This document shows positions 1 to 9,762 of a DNA stretch of 64,000 nucleotides, piece after piece (within the stretch, counting starts at the first letter, position 1; each line of letters opens with the position of its first letter). The notes beneath the pieces are model-generated. The model was not told the DNA's origin, searched no databases, and worked only from the letters and a program-made list of their open reading frames with translations. The stretch comes from an uncultured Candidatus Saccharibacteria bacterium (GTDB lineage: Bacteria; Patescibacteriota; CPR2; UBA1875; CAIMLA01). Location: contig CAZCRI010000004.1 of the NCBI GenBank assembly GCA_964501135.1, forward strand, positions 47,238-111,237, in the 5' to 3' direction. The position numbers and the translations under genes are program-made.

Positions 1-770
1 TGGCTGATTCTTTGCTCGTTCAGACCGATAGTAGTGTCTATCCTGTACGTTGTCTGATAAGGCACAGCAACAGTTTCTTCAACGTCGGCGTAGTTGACGC
101 GAGTGACCTCAATCTGACCGCTGACAGGTGCCAACGCATCTCTAGCAGGGTCCGTAATATCATTTTGATTTAGCTTGATACCTACATCAGTCAGGACCTG
201 TAATACCGTCTTACTCCAACTATGAACCACCGCCTTGATTCCATCGACGGATACCGTGTAAACCGGTGCGCGACGAATCGAAATCTTTTGTCCAGCCATA
301 TTCTCTTCTACTGGATTCCAGATAAGCTCTGTATTCACAATGTCAGCTTTGTCGGTCTCAATGCCAAGCTGCTTTAGAATATCGGCAGTGGTAGTGTAAG
401 CACTGCGCCCCACCCAAGACTGGCCATTATCGCTAATAAGAACTGGCTGCGACGGAACTAGAGAAACTGTAATCTCTCCCCCAATCAATGTAGTTGTGAG
501 TGGCGGATTGGTAATATCATTTTTGCCCAGCTTTATCCCGCGCATGGTAAGTGCATTTTCTAGGGTGTTCTCGTGGGTTGCGAATGTTACGGTTTTCCCA
601 TTTGCCGTGTAATGAACTGTAGTCTCAACGCTTCCCACTACACTCTCCGCACTAACCTGCTGCGAAAGTGCCGCAATCAGGATAAAAGACATGCAAAACA
701 CCGCCAAATAAGCGTTTTTACACTTCTGGTGGAGTTTTTGGAGGGTATTTGTAGTGAGGGTTATCTTCAA
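1..770 (-). CDS. Partial gene whose C-terminus lies beyond the window start; DUF348-repeat plus G5-domain secreted protein (YabE/RpfB-like cell-wall protein). N-terminal membrane anchor or signal peptide.
   Basis: My own translation of the minus strand, since the ORF track did not call it: MKITLTTNTLQKLHQKCKNAYLAVFCMSFILIAALSQQVSAES, then two DUF348-like repeats (TVHYTANGKTVTF..., YTVSVDGIKAVVHSW...) and the start of a G5 domain (EVTRVNYADVEETVAVPYQTTYRIDT). Start codon uncertain: TTG at 770 or ATG at 692. Confidence 0.5.
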   Translation of the reverse strand, partial: MKITLTTNTLQKLHQKCKNAYLAVFCMSFILIAALSQQVSAESVVGSVETTVHYTANGKTVTFATHENTLENALTMRGIKLGKNDITNPPLTTTLIGGEITVSLVPSQPVLISDNGQSWVGRSAYTTTADILKQLGIETDKADIVNTELIWNPVEENMAGQKISIRRAPVYTVSVDGIKAVVHSWSKTVLQVLTDVGIKLNQNDITDPARDALAPVSGQIEVTRVNYADVEETVAVPYQTTYRIDTTIGLNEQRIS

Positions 771-844
771 AATTTAGAAACTTTTCTTAACGTAGATGAC
801 ATTGTATGACGGATCGCCAACCCTGTCAATCTTTGTACACAGCC

Positions 845-1315
845 CTAAATATCTAAATAGTATATGTCAGTATCCTCGCCCAGATCGTTCTTCGTACTTT
901 CAAGATAAATCCAACCAAGTTTTTCGTATAAACCCTGGGCAACCTCGGTATGAAGGTAAATTCTATGATACCCAAGCCGCTTCGCCTTCTCAACTGCCTC
1001 AGATATCATATCCCGTGCTACGCCATTGCCACGATACTCAGGCAATACCAATACACCTGCAAGCCAAGGGCTAAGATCGGGACGTTTGGCAAGGTCGTGC
1101 TCGAACAAAGCCGCCGAACCAAGCAGCTTTTTCCCGCTAAAAGCAACCAATACAAAAGGTGGCTTCCCTGTGCTTATCCGGTCCTGAAATTTAAAGATCT
1201 TTTGCGCGATATCGGCATCGGTAACATTTGGCACCCATTCCTGCGCCCAAAGCGTAGCCAGTTGTGCTAAAAATTGCTTCTGATTCCCAAGATAGTCAAT
1301 TACATAATCAAACAT
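845..1315 (-). CDS. GNAT family N-acetyltransferase
   Basis: 156 aa; acetyl-CoA binding motif RGNGVARDMISEAVEKAKRLGYHRIYL. Confidence 0.8.
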   Translation of the reverse strand: MFDYVIDYLGNQKQFLAQLATLWAQEWVPNVTDADIAQKIFKFQDRISTGKPPFVLVAFSGKKLLGSAALFEHDLAKRPDLSPWLAGVLVLPEYRGNGVARDMISEAVEKAKRLGYHRIYLHTEVAQGLYEKLGWIYLESTKNDLGEDTDIYYLDI

Positions 1316-1324
1316 AATGGATAG

Positions 1325-3454
1325 TTACACCTTTTTTAGTTTTGCATAAGAGAGCGAGAGCCACTTGATGCCGTAGTCGTCGAAATGAACAGTAATCTCA
1401 TCATCGTCAATTTCGGTCACTTTGCCTTCGCCAAAATCTTCATGCGAAACCCTATCTCCCACGTTTAGGTATCCGCCCAATGACTCCTCGGCCACTTCTT
1501 GAATTGGTGCGGAACCCGAAGAAGCAGAGAGTACACTTTCGTAGCCTGTCATAAGGTGGCTAGGAATATCAGCTAGAAATCTACTTGGAGAGTTACTGAG
1601 CGTTTTCCCGTAAAGCATTCTGGTATTGGCGAGGGTAAAGTAGAGCCTCTCGCGAGCCCGGGTAATTCCGACGTAGCAGAGTCGGCGCTCTTCCTCGAGC
1701 TGCTCGTTGTCATAACTACTATTGGCATGAGGAAAGAGGTTTTCCTCCATTCCAGCCATAAATACTGCTTTGAATTCCAAACCTTTGGCCGCGTGAAGTG
1801 TCATCAGGGTAATTGCTTCTTCGTCGGGATTCCAGTTATCAATATCTGCCACCAAGGCCATTTCTTCTAGAAACTCCTCGAGCTTGGCATCAGAATGGGC
1901 GTTGATATATTCTACAGCTACGGAGAGCAGCTCACGAACGTTTTCTACGCGCTCATCGCCAGCTGTTGTACCATCTCGCAAATACTCCTCATAACCGCTC
2001 TTTTTAATTACCAATCCTACCAACTCAGGGAGTGTTTCTATCTCCGCAGAACGACGGAAAACTTCGAGCAGTCTAGCAAAATCAGTGAGCGCAGCGGTCT
2101 GTTTGGGACCAAGGCCCATTTGCGGTACCCGGTCAAGAAGCGTGGAAATATGCAAATTATTCTGCCGTCCAAAATCAATAAGCTTCTTTAGGGTGGTATC
2201 ACCAATCCCCCGTCCAGGGACATTAATGATACGTTCGAAGGCGACCCAATCACTATCGGAACTAATGACTCTGAGATAGCCCACGATGTCTTTGATTTCC
2301 TTGCGCTCAAAGAAACGGAAGCCCCCAATGATACGGTATGGTACGCGAAAGCGAACGAATTCGGACTCTATAGAGCGTGACTGCGCGTTAGTTCTGTAGA
2401 GAACGACGATATCGCTAAGCTTGTAGCCATCCTCGCGCACCAGGCGCTCCGACTCACGAATAATCGTCTGGGCTTCGTTGTGCTCATCATAGGCATCAAT
2501 GGTAACTATCGGGATTCCCGCCTCGTTCTGGGTAAAGAGCTTCTTGTCGCTGCGGTTCTCATTTTTCGTAATTACATGATGAGCAGCGTCTAGAATCACC
2601 TTGGTCGAACGATAGTTTTCCTCGAGCTTGACCACCTTGGCACTTGGCCAATCAAGCTCAAAATCTAGGATGTTGCGGAAATTTGCGCCACGCCAAGAGT
2701 AAATAGATTGCCAGTCATCCCCTACCACGCAAAGATTCTTACTTTCGGCTGCTAGGAATTTGGCGAATAAATACTGGGCGTGATTAGTATCCTGATACTC
2801 GTCAATATGAATATATTTCCAGCGCTTTTGATATTTTGTAAGTACCTCAGGAAATTTCTGAAACAGTACCACGGTCTGCATCAAGAGGTCATCAAAGTCC
2901 ATCGCATCATTCCGTTTTAAGTTTTCCTGATATAGTGGGTAAACCTTTGCCGCAATTTCCTGGAAATAACCGCTAGCGAGTGTGGCGTATTTCTTTGGGC
3001 CCATTAGCTCGTTCTTGGCACTTGAGATATGAGTCAGTAAGGTAGAGGCAGTAACCTTTTTGTCCTCGAGCACTACCTGACTCATCGCCTGCTTCATGGC
3101 TGACTGGGAGTCAGCGGTATCGAAAATCGTAAAGCTACGTTTGTAGCCCAAATAGTGGCCGTCCTCACGCATAATACGAGCGCAAATAGAGTGAAACGTT
3201 CCCATGGTAGGCTGGGCACTACCACCAACCAGTGTCGCTACCCGGGACTTCATCTCTTTTGCAGCCTTATTGGTAAAGGTTACAGCAAGAATATTGTCTG
3301 GCGACACCCCTTTTTCCCGAATCAAATAGGCCACTCGATGAGTAAGAGCCTTGGTCTTACCACTTCCAGCTCCGGCTAAAATTAAAACTGGCCCCTCTGT
3401 GGCCAGAACCGCTTCTTTTTGTGAGTCGTTTAGACCCTGTAGGATATCTTGCAT
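1325..3454 (-). CDS. pcrA: ATP-dependent DNA helicase, UvrD/PcrA family
   Basis: 709 aa; Walker A AGAGSGKTKALTHRVAYL, motif VTFTNKAAKEMKSR, DEYQDTN, UvrD C-terminal region. Confidence 0.85.
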   Translation of the reverse strand: MQDILQGLNDSQKEAVLATEGPVLILAGAGSGKTKALTHRVAYLIREKGVSPDNILAVTFTNKAAKEMKSRVATLVGGSAQPTMGTFHSICARIMREDGHYLGYKRSFTIFDTADSQSAMKQAMSQVVLEDKKVTASTLLTHISSAKNELMGPKKYATLASGYFQEIAAKVYPLYQENLKRNDAMDFDDLLMQTVVLFQKFPEVLTKYQKRWKYIHIDEYQDTNHAQYLFAKFLAAESKNLCVVGDDWQSIYSWRGANFRNILDFELDWPSAKVVKLEENYRSTKVILDAAHHVITKNENRSDKKLFTQNEAGIPIVTIDAYDEHNEAQTIIRESERLVREDGYKLSDIVVLYRTNAQSRSIESEFVRFRVPYRIIGGFRFFERKEIKDIVGYLRVISSDSDWVAFERIINVPGRGIGDTTLKKLIDFGRQNNLHISTLLDRVPQMGLGPKQTAALTDFARLLEVFRRSAEIETLPELVGLVIKKSGYEEYLRDGTTAGDERVENVRELLSVAVEYINAHSDAKLEEFLEEMALVADIDNWNPDEEAITLMTLHAAKGLEFKAVFMAGMEENLFPHANSSYDNEQLEEERRLCYVGITRARERLYFTLANTRMLYGKTLSNSPSRFLADIPSHLMTGYESVLSASSGSAPIQEVAEESLGGYLNVGDRVSHEDFGEGKVTEIDDDEITVHFDDYGIKWLSLSYAKLKKV

Positions 3455-3496
3455 TATCTAATTATACGGGAAAACCGACAGCAAAAAAAGTAGACG

Positions 3497-3736
3497 CTAG
3501 TCTTTGACTCTTATTGCCATGTCGGGACAGATTTTCTCGCATAGCTTGCACTGTATGCAGTCCTTGATCTCGCATTTAATAGTCGGTCTACCGAAGTGAC
3601 CCAGCACACTATCGTCCCAGCTGAGCACCTTTTTGGGACACGCCTCGATACAAAGACCGCAGCTCTTACATTGCTCTGGAAATTGGACCCAGACTTTGGC
3701 CTTATCTTCAAATTTCTTGATTGTATGCTTGCTCAT
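3497..3736 (-). CDS. porD: 2x[4Fe-4S] ferredoxin, delta subunit of 2-oxoacid:ferredoxin oxidoreductase
   Basis: 79 aa; two Cys clusters (CKSCGLCIEACP and CIQCKLCEKICP); last gene of the por operon. Confidence 0.75.
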   Translation of the reverse strand: MSKHTIKKFEDKAKVWVQFPEQCKSCGLCIEACPKKVLSWDDSVLGHFGRPTIKCEIKDCIQCKLCEKICPDMAIRVKD

Positions 3737-4320
3737 TTTTTCCTACCAACTGGTTTATAGGCTTCTTTGGCGAGCTTTTCACCCAGCTCCAAAGCCTTCT
3801 TATTTAAATTACGCAATTGCGGTTTTTGCTTGTATTTGTAACCCAGAACTTCCTCTAGTGCCAGCTCAACTTGTTTTCTGGAAAGTAAATGAATCTCGGA
3901 TAACAAGGCACCAGCCAGCACCATATTGAATACCGCGGGCGTTAGCTTGCTTGCCGCAATACTGGTAGCTGGAATTGCTAGTTTCTCTGCAGAGACCTCC
4001 CTAAGCTCAGAGCCGGTAATCAGATCGCTATCGTAGATATACAGAGTGTCCTCACCGATATACTCACTAACACGATCAATAGCCCGATCTCGCATATTTA
4101 CAATTATGTCGGCTTCCTCAAATTTTGGGAAACCGATTACTTCTTTACCAAGCTGCAAAAAGCCGAGAGAAACCCCTCCCCGCTGTTCAACACCATAATT
4201 GGGCATATAAACCACATTGAGATCAGCCTCGAAGGCCGCACGCGTAAGGACATGGCAAAGAGCCTGGACTCCCTGTCCTCCCTCGCCAGCAATCAATATC
4301 TTGTAATTATTTTTAACCAT
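3733..4320 (-). CDS. porG: 2-oxoacid:ferredoxin oxidoreductase gamma subunit
   Basis: 195 aa; ILIAGEGGQGVQ motif; start/stop overlap with neighbouring genes. Confidence 0.8.
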   Translation of the reverse strand: MVKNNYKILIAGEGGQGVQALCHVLTRAAFEADLNVVYMPNYGVEQRGGVSLGFLQLGKEVIGFPKFEEADIIVNMRDRAIDRVSEYIGEDTLYIYDSDLITGSELREVSAEKLAIPATSIAASKLTPAVFNMVLAGALLSEIHLLSRKQVELALEEVLGYKYKQKPQLRNLNKKALELGEKLAKEAYKPVGRKK

Positions 4321-5029
4321 TAATCACCCCCGGTTTGTAGATTCCTTCGAGTTTTTTGGAAAAATCGATGGTAGCCTCGGCATTCGTTTTCCAATTTGTC
4401 GGGCAATACGAAACGATTTCGACGAGTGAAAAATTACCAGCGAGCTGTGCCTCGATTGCCTTTTTGATATACGATTTTAGAACCGGGATATTGTTTACCG
4501 TTCCACGTGCCAAAAAGGCACCTTCGCTTACGACAGGTTGCAAAAGCTCTGGTCCATAGATAGGCTTGGATTCTGTAAACTTGCCGCCAGGAGTAGTGGT
4601 TGTTACTTCACCAGGAAAAGTGGTCGGGCTCGACTGGCCACCGGTCATTGCATATAAACTATTATTAACACCAATAATTGTCACCGCCTCATTACGATGA
4701 GCGGTATGAATAAGCCCTTGCAAACCAATGGCATAGAGACCGCCGTCACCGGCGATTCCAATGGCAACACTCTCCTTTTGTCCTCGTTTGTATCCGGCAA
4801 GCATCGGCGTTACGCGTCCATGATGAGACTGAGCGGTATCTAGGTCGTAATAGTTCCAGGCCAGTAGGTTACAGCCAATATCGAGACCAATCACCGTACG
4901 TGGAGAGATTTCCATCTCATCAATAACTTCGCCAATTACTCGAAGGATGATTCCGTATCCACACCCTGGACAGAAATTGCTTGGCTTTGACTCGGTTTTT
5001 AGTACTTTCGGCATCCTTGGAGTGTTCAC
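4313..5029 (-). CDS. porB: 2-oxoacid:ferredoxin oxidoreductase beta subunit (TPP-binding)
   Basis: 238 aa; CPGCGYG and GDGG TPP-binding motifs. Confidence 0.85.
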   Translation of the reverse strand: MNTPRMPKVLKTESKPSNFCPGCGYGIILRVIGEVIDEMEISPRTVIGLDIGCNLLAWNYYDLDTAQSHHGRVTPMLAGYKRGQKESVAIGIAGDGGLYAIGLQGLIHTAHRNEAVTIIGVNNSLYAMTGGQSSPTTFPGEVTTTTPGGKFTESKPIYGPELLQPVVSEGAFLARGTVNNIPVLKSYIKKAIEAQLAGNFSLVEIVSYCPTNWKTNAEATIDFSKKLEGIYKPGVING

Positions 5030-6108
5030 TTTGCTACCTCCCGAATCTTCTTCTCGATCTCTTCTGCTGTAATCCCCTCGGCGGGTTTGTAGAGCCGGAC
5101 ATATTCTGCGTCTGTACTCTGGGCTAGGGTTTCTCGAACAATCCGCCCAAAATGACCCGCACTACTCTCGGCAATAATAATATATTTTGCCTTAGCAACA
5201 GCCTTTATGGCTGCGGAGCTATCAAAAGGACGCATAGTAATTGGTCTAAAGAGCCCTACTTTGAGTTTGTCTTTTCTTGCCTTCGCCACCGCAACTTTCG
5301 CTGCATACCCCACCGAACCCCAGGCAAACACTACCACTTCCGCATCCTTTGTCTGGTAGCTTTCGGACTCAACAATCTCTTTACTTGCCTCAGAGAATTC
5401 CTTGAACATAAAATTCAAATGCTCCACAAGCTCTTCTTCCATCGAAAAACAGTTTCGCATATTCTTGATCGGACCGTTAAGAAAATAAGGCGTCGATTTT
5501 ACCTTCGGCAGCTTTGCAGAAACATCTACCGGAGCTTGCATCTTGGAAAGATAACCATCCCCGAGGACAATTACCGGAAAACGATACTTCCAAGCCGTCT
5601 CGAAAGCTTTATGCATATAGGTGTACATCTCTGCGAGTGTTGAAGGCGCATATACAATACGCAACCCCTCTCCGTTACCACCAAAACGAGCCAAAGTAAG
5701 CTCTTGCTGAGAATAAATAACAGTCCCCGTCGATGGTCCACCACGCTGACCAACATACATCACAAAAGGCAATCTGTAAGACTCCGCTACCGCAAGCGGG
5801 TCTTGCATCAAGACATGACCAATTCCTGCTGTTGCTGTCCATGCCTTTTTACCGGCAAGAAGGGCACCAATGACCGCAAAGCCAGAGGCAATTTCATCTT
5901 CCATCTGCATAAACTCAAGCTTGTTATCTTTGGCAGCAGCATTTGCCCAGCCAGTTAGAACCTCTGTGGTCGGCGTTATTGGATAACCGGCAAAAAAATC
6001 CGCTCCAGCAGCATAGGCCCCACGTAGCAAAACATCATTTCCAGCAAGAAGCTCCTTCTTACCTTTTATTGTTGCCACTTTTGATTTTTCTAGATTTGTT
6101 TTAGCCAA
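5026..6108 (-). CDS. porA: 2-oxoacid (probably pyruvate):ferredoxin oxidoreductase alpha subunit
   Basis: 360 aa; typical PorA/VorA architecture; operon position. Confidence 0.85.
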   Translation of the reverse strand: MAKTNLEKSKVATIKGKKELLAGNDVLLRGAYAAGADFFAGYPITPTTEVLTGWANAAAKDNKLEFMQMEDEIASGFAVIGALLAGKKAWTATAGIGHVLMQDPLAVAESYRLPFVMYVGQRGGPSTGTVIYSQQELTLARFGGNGEGLRIVYAPSTLAEMYTYMHKAFETAWKYRFPVIVLGDGYLSKMQAPVDVSAKLPKVKSTPYFLNGPIKNMRNCFSMEEELVEHLNFMFKEFSEASKEIVESESYQTKDAEVVVFAWGSVGYAAKVAVAKARKDKLKVGLFRPITMRPFDSSAAIKAVAKAKYIIIAESSAGHFGRIVRETLAQSTDAEYVRLYKPAEGITAEEIEKKIREVAK

Positions 6109-6141
6109 AATTCCTCCGATAAACTACTGACCTATTATACG

Positions 6142-8220
6142 TTACTTCGACTCTGGCTCAAAGATAATCTTTGCATCGAGTGCAAGTATCCCCTTGTGAT
6201 CTGTATTCACACGGATCGGATTGATGTCAACTTCTTTGATATGAGGAAAATCAACCATCAGCTGGGATAATCCCGAGATAGCAATTGCCAAGGCTTCTAC
6301 GTCGAACTTCTCGCCGTTTCGATAACCGTGCAAGATATCGACATATTTAATCCCCTGAATCATTTCTTTTGCCTTCTCGACGCTAATTGGAGCGAGCCCC
6401 AACTTGAAATCTTTGAAAAGTTCGATATAGACGCCGCCCAAGCCGAACATCACGACAGGGCCAAACAGTGGGTCTCTCTTGGCGCCCAGAGCAACCTCTA
6501 CAGTCGAACGAACCATGTGGTAAACCGTAACTCCCAAAATCTTTGCTTTTGGATGATGTTTCTTCGCATTTTTCAGCACTTCTTGATATGACTTTCTAAG
6601 ATCAGCTTCGTCCTCGATACCAAGCTTAATCGCCCCCACCTCGGTTTTATGTAGAATATCAGGTGAAGTAACCTTAAGCACTACTGGATATCCGATTTTG
6701 GATGCGGCCTTGACTGCCTCTGTAGCATTTGTCGTCAGTTTCGAACTAGCCATAGGAATCCCGTAGGCCATGAATATTTTTGCAATATCTGCGTCATCAA
6801 GCAGTTTATATGCTTTTATTACCCTGCCAGCTATGTCCTTACGAACCTTAGTATAAGTCTCAATTTTTGGCTTCTTGTAGTAATAATTTGCGTATCCAAC
6901 CAACTTATCAAGTGCTAGTATTGCTCTTTCTGGATAAAGAAATGTACAAATTTTGTGCTCAGAAAGAATTCGTTCGGCAACTACAAATTTTGGACCCCCA
7001 ATAAGCGCCACTACCACGTCTCGATTGCTATTTTTTACGATTACATGGGCAATCTTCTCGGCATCTGTTGATGATTGTGGTGTCAAGATAATCAGTTTAA
7101 GGTCGCTATCGTGCTTACCCCGCATCACCTTAAAGGCGACCTCAAAGGTACGACTAGTAGCATCACCAAGTAGGTCTATCGGATTGTGAACGGCAGCACC
7201 AAATGGTAATACCTTCGATAAGATATCCTTCTGTTCGGAGTTAGGTTCGAAGAAATCCAAATTCCTGGCCCCCGCAATAGCGTCTGAAGTCATTACTGCT
7301 GGACCACCGGCATTGGTCAGAATCAGCAGCTTATTCCCTTTCGGCAGGTTCATATCGGCAAAAATTGTCGCAAATTCAAAGAGGTCTTCCAGGGTTTCCG
7401 CTCGTATAATCCCCGCTTCGGCAAAAACTGTTTCTACAATGTTGTCGTCCGCCGCCAGAGCGCCTGTATGAGAACTTGCTGCGCCACATCCAGCGTTACT
7501 TCGTCCCGCCTTTAGGATAATCAGGGGTTTCTTGCGGGTAATTTTCTTGGCAATCTTAAGGAACCTTTCGGGATCAGAAATTGACTCCAAGTATCCAATT
7601 ATAACTTCTGTACTTTTGTCGTCTGCCAAAAACTCTAGTACATCACATTCATTGATGTCCATCTTGTTGCCTAGACTTACAAAATGAGAGAACCCGACAT
7701 TATTACCGTTCGCCCAATCCAAAATTGCCGTACAAGTAGCACCACTCTGCGAGAAAACGGCGATATTGCGCTTGGCTGGCATATTTGTTGCAAATGAGGC
7801 GTTAAGCTTTGTCGTAGGATCGATTATGCCGAGACAGTTCGGACCCAGGACTCGAATACCATAAGTGCTGGAGATTTTCGCAAGTTCATCCTGCAGTTTA
7901 ACGCCTTCTGGTCCAGACTCAGCAAAGCCCGCTGATATGATAATGACGCTACCGATACGATTTTTCCCGCATTCAAAAAGGACGTCTCCGACAGCTCTCG
8001 CTGGTACAACAATCACTGCTAGGTCTATCTTACCCTTTACTGATTCTAAATTGGGGTAGCATTTGAGTCCTAGCAAATTATCTGAATTCGGATTTACAGG
8101 ATATATCTTCCCCTGATAGCCGCCGTCAATTACATTCTTTAGTACAGAAAAACCAATCTTCTCAGGATGAGAAGATGCTCCAATAATCGCAATTGACCGT
8201 GGTAAGAAAAAATCCTTCAA
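6142..8220 (-). CDS. acd: Acetyl-CoA synthetase (ADP-forming), fused alpha/beta domains
   Basis: 692 aa; N-terminal CoA-binding (IAIIGASSHPEKIGFSVLKN), succinyl-CoA-synthetase-like and C-terminal ATP-grasp domains. Confidence 0.85.
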   Translation of the reverse strand: MKDFFLPRSIAIIGASSHPEKIGFSVLKNVIDGGYQGKIYPVNPNSDNLLGLKCYPNLESVKGKIDLAVIVVPARAVGDVLFECGKNRIGSVIIISAGFAESGPEGVKLQDELAKISSTYGIRVLGPNCLGIIDPTTKLNASFATNMPAKRNIAVFSQSGATCTAILDWANGNNVGFSHFVSLGNKMDINECDVLEFLADDKSTEVIIGYLESISDPERFLKIAKKITRKKPLIILKAGRSNAGCGAASSHTGALAADDNIVETVFAEAGIIRAETLEDLFEFATIFADMNLPKGNKLLILTNAGGPAVMTSDAIAGARNLDFFEPNSEQKDILSKVLPFGAAVHNPIDLLGDATSRTFEVAFKVMRGKHDSDLKLIILTPQSSTDAEKIAHVIVKNSNRDVVVALIGGPKFVVAERILSEHKICTFLYPERAILALDKLVGYANYYYKKPKIETYTKVRKDIAGRVIKAYKLLDDADIAKIFMAYGIPMASSKLTTNATEAVKAASKIGYPVVLKVTSPDILHKTEVGAIKLGIEDEADLRKSYQEVLKNAKKHHPKAKILGVTVYHMVRSTVEVALGAKRDPLFGPVVMFGLGGVYIELFKDFKLGLAPISVEKAKEMIQGIKYVDILHGYRNGEKFDVEALAIAISGLSQLMVDFPHIKEVDINPIRVNTDHKGILALDAKIIFEPESK

Positions 8221-8252
8221 AAATGTCCCCTCCGAAACGTTAAGGTTTACAG

Positions 8253-8924
8253 CTAGCCAGCTGCATTCGCCGTATCATTCACCTTTTCTGGAACTTTAGT
8301 TTCAGTGCTCTCAATCGTTGGGGTAGTTACCGGTGTTTCGACAACAACAGGAGTAGTACTTGTAGTGGTTTCGGTTTCAGTTGCGGTCAATGGGCTTGGT
8401 GCCTCAGTGAGACCAGAGAGCTTCGCGGTCAACTCATCTAACGATGCCTGTTGTTTCGAAAGCTTACTTGAATTACTAGAGCTAACTGCAAAAAAAGTTA
8501 TGGTAGAGATAATAATTGTGGCCACTAAGCCGACACCAACAATAACAAGGATACCCCGCGTGTTCAGGGGAGTACGTTTTGTATATGAAGAATGAAGCTG
8601 TGTCTCATTAGGGCTTGGTGCTGCCGGAGTAAGATCGGCAAAAGGATTATTGTTTACTGGCTGCTCTGGGACTGTAGTATTCGCAACCCCTGGGTCTGGT
8701 GTTACGGGACTAGGTACATCTGGTGCTGCCGCTGTGAATGGCGTCTCACCGATATTTTGAGAAGCTAGATTAATCTTAACGTCATCTGGTTTATCAAAGC
8801 CACCATAAAAATGATTACTTGCACTTGTCTGGGCTGAAGCTAAAGGATCTGGTTGTACGCCAGGAGCAGAACTAAAAGCATCTGGCTCACTCGTGTTTGG
8901 ATTAATTGTATCAACCATCATCAT
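8253..8924 (-). CDS. Hypothetical Pro/Thr-rich membrane-anchored protein
   Basis: 223 aa; low-complexity P/T-rich N-terminal half, single TM segment (ILVIVGVGLVATIIISTITFFAV), T-rich tail. Confidence 0.5.
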   Translation of the reverse strand: MMMVDTINPNTSEPDAFSSAPGVQPDPLASAQTSASNHFYGGFDKPDDVKINLASQNIGETPFTAAAPDVPSPVTPDPGVANTTVPEQPVNNNPFADLTPAAPSPNETQLHSSYTKRTPLNTRGILVIVGVGLVATIIISTITFFAVSSSNSSKLSKQQASLDELTAKLSGLTEAPSPLTATETETTTSTTPVVVETPVTTPTIESTETKVPEKVNDTANAAG

Positions 8925-8937
8925 AATCTTACCCTCT

Positions 8938-9762
8938 TTAACTAATTGTAAGAGTATTTAACATTTTTAGCAAATCATCTAAGTAGCCACCCGCTTCGGA
9001 AAGGATTATAGACCCGCTACCACCAGCAACCACAACTGTTGTCACTTGAGTGTTGGAAGTAGGAGAAGTAAAAGTATACTTCTGAGCTGTCTTACCCGCT
9101 ACAGTCAAAGGTTCTACTGTTACTCCGGCCATAGCAGCGTAACTCTTATTTGTGTCTGTGGCCGGCTTAGAAGTTGTATTCACAACTACAGGCGCTATAA
9201 AATCGCTACCTGCTGGTATCGTTGTTGGTAAACCCTGGTTACTAAAGGCCACCACGGAGGTCATACCGGTAGTGTCGTTCTTGCCGTAATCTTGAACATT
9301 CCACCCTACCTGGTACTTGATAGTATATCCACTGCCAGCAAACGTTTTCCAGTCTTTAGTGGGATCTACTGCGGGAGCTGCCGTCGTTGTGAACTGCTTA
9401 GAAATCCAACCCTCTTTATTGTCATAACTAACCTTATACCACCCATCAAGCTCCTGGGTAACGGTCAATCTTGTGCCGTTTGGAATAAGAGTCAGGCGTT
9501 TGGATCCAGAATCTCGTGATTCACGTAAACTAAGTCCGCCATCAGCATTTACATAGATTGCCAACTCTTTGGCTACCGGCTGATCCCCTGTCTTAACTGC
9601 AACCTCTACCTTGCCACCGCCTACTGGCTTCATCGCCGTAAAACGAGCCACGCTAAAAACAAACAAGCCGCCACTAACCAAAATAACCGCAGCTGTAGTA
9701 AACTTCTTCCGCCGGCTGGCAAGTGGTGATTTTTTAATTCTATATAGATTTCTCGATAACAT
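8938..9762 (-). CDS. Membrane-anchored protein with bacterial SH3 (SH3b) domain
   Basis: 274 aa; N-terminal TM; SH3b-like segment GGLSLRESRDSGSKRLTLIPNGTRLTVTQELDGWYKVSYDNKEGWISKQF. Confidence 0.55.
   Translation of the reverse strand: MLSRNLYRIKKSPLASRRKKFTTAAVILVSGGLFVFSVARFTAMKPVGGGKVEVAVKTGDQPVAKELAIYVNADGGLSLRESRDSGSKRLTLIPNGTRLTVTQELDGWYKVSYDNKEGWISKQFTTTAAPAVDPTKDWKTFAGSGYTIKYQVGWNVQDYGKNDTTGMTSVVAFSNQGLPTTIPAGSDFIAPVVVNTTSKPATDTNKSYAAMAGVTVEPLTVAGKTAQKYTFTSPTSNTQVTTVVVAGGSGSIILSEAGGYLDDLLKMLNTLTIS

Noticed and set aside
573-1270. Plus-strand ORFs 573..809, 796..1074, 950..1270
   Set aside because: They lie antisense to the DUF348/G5 gene and the GNAT gene. They have no RBS and low-complexity or odd composition.
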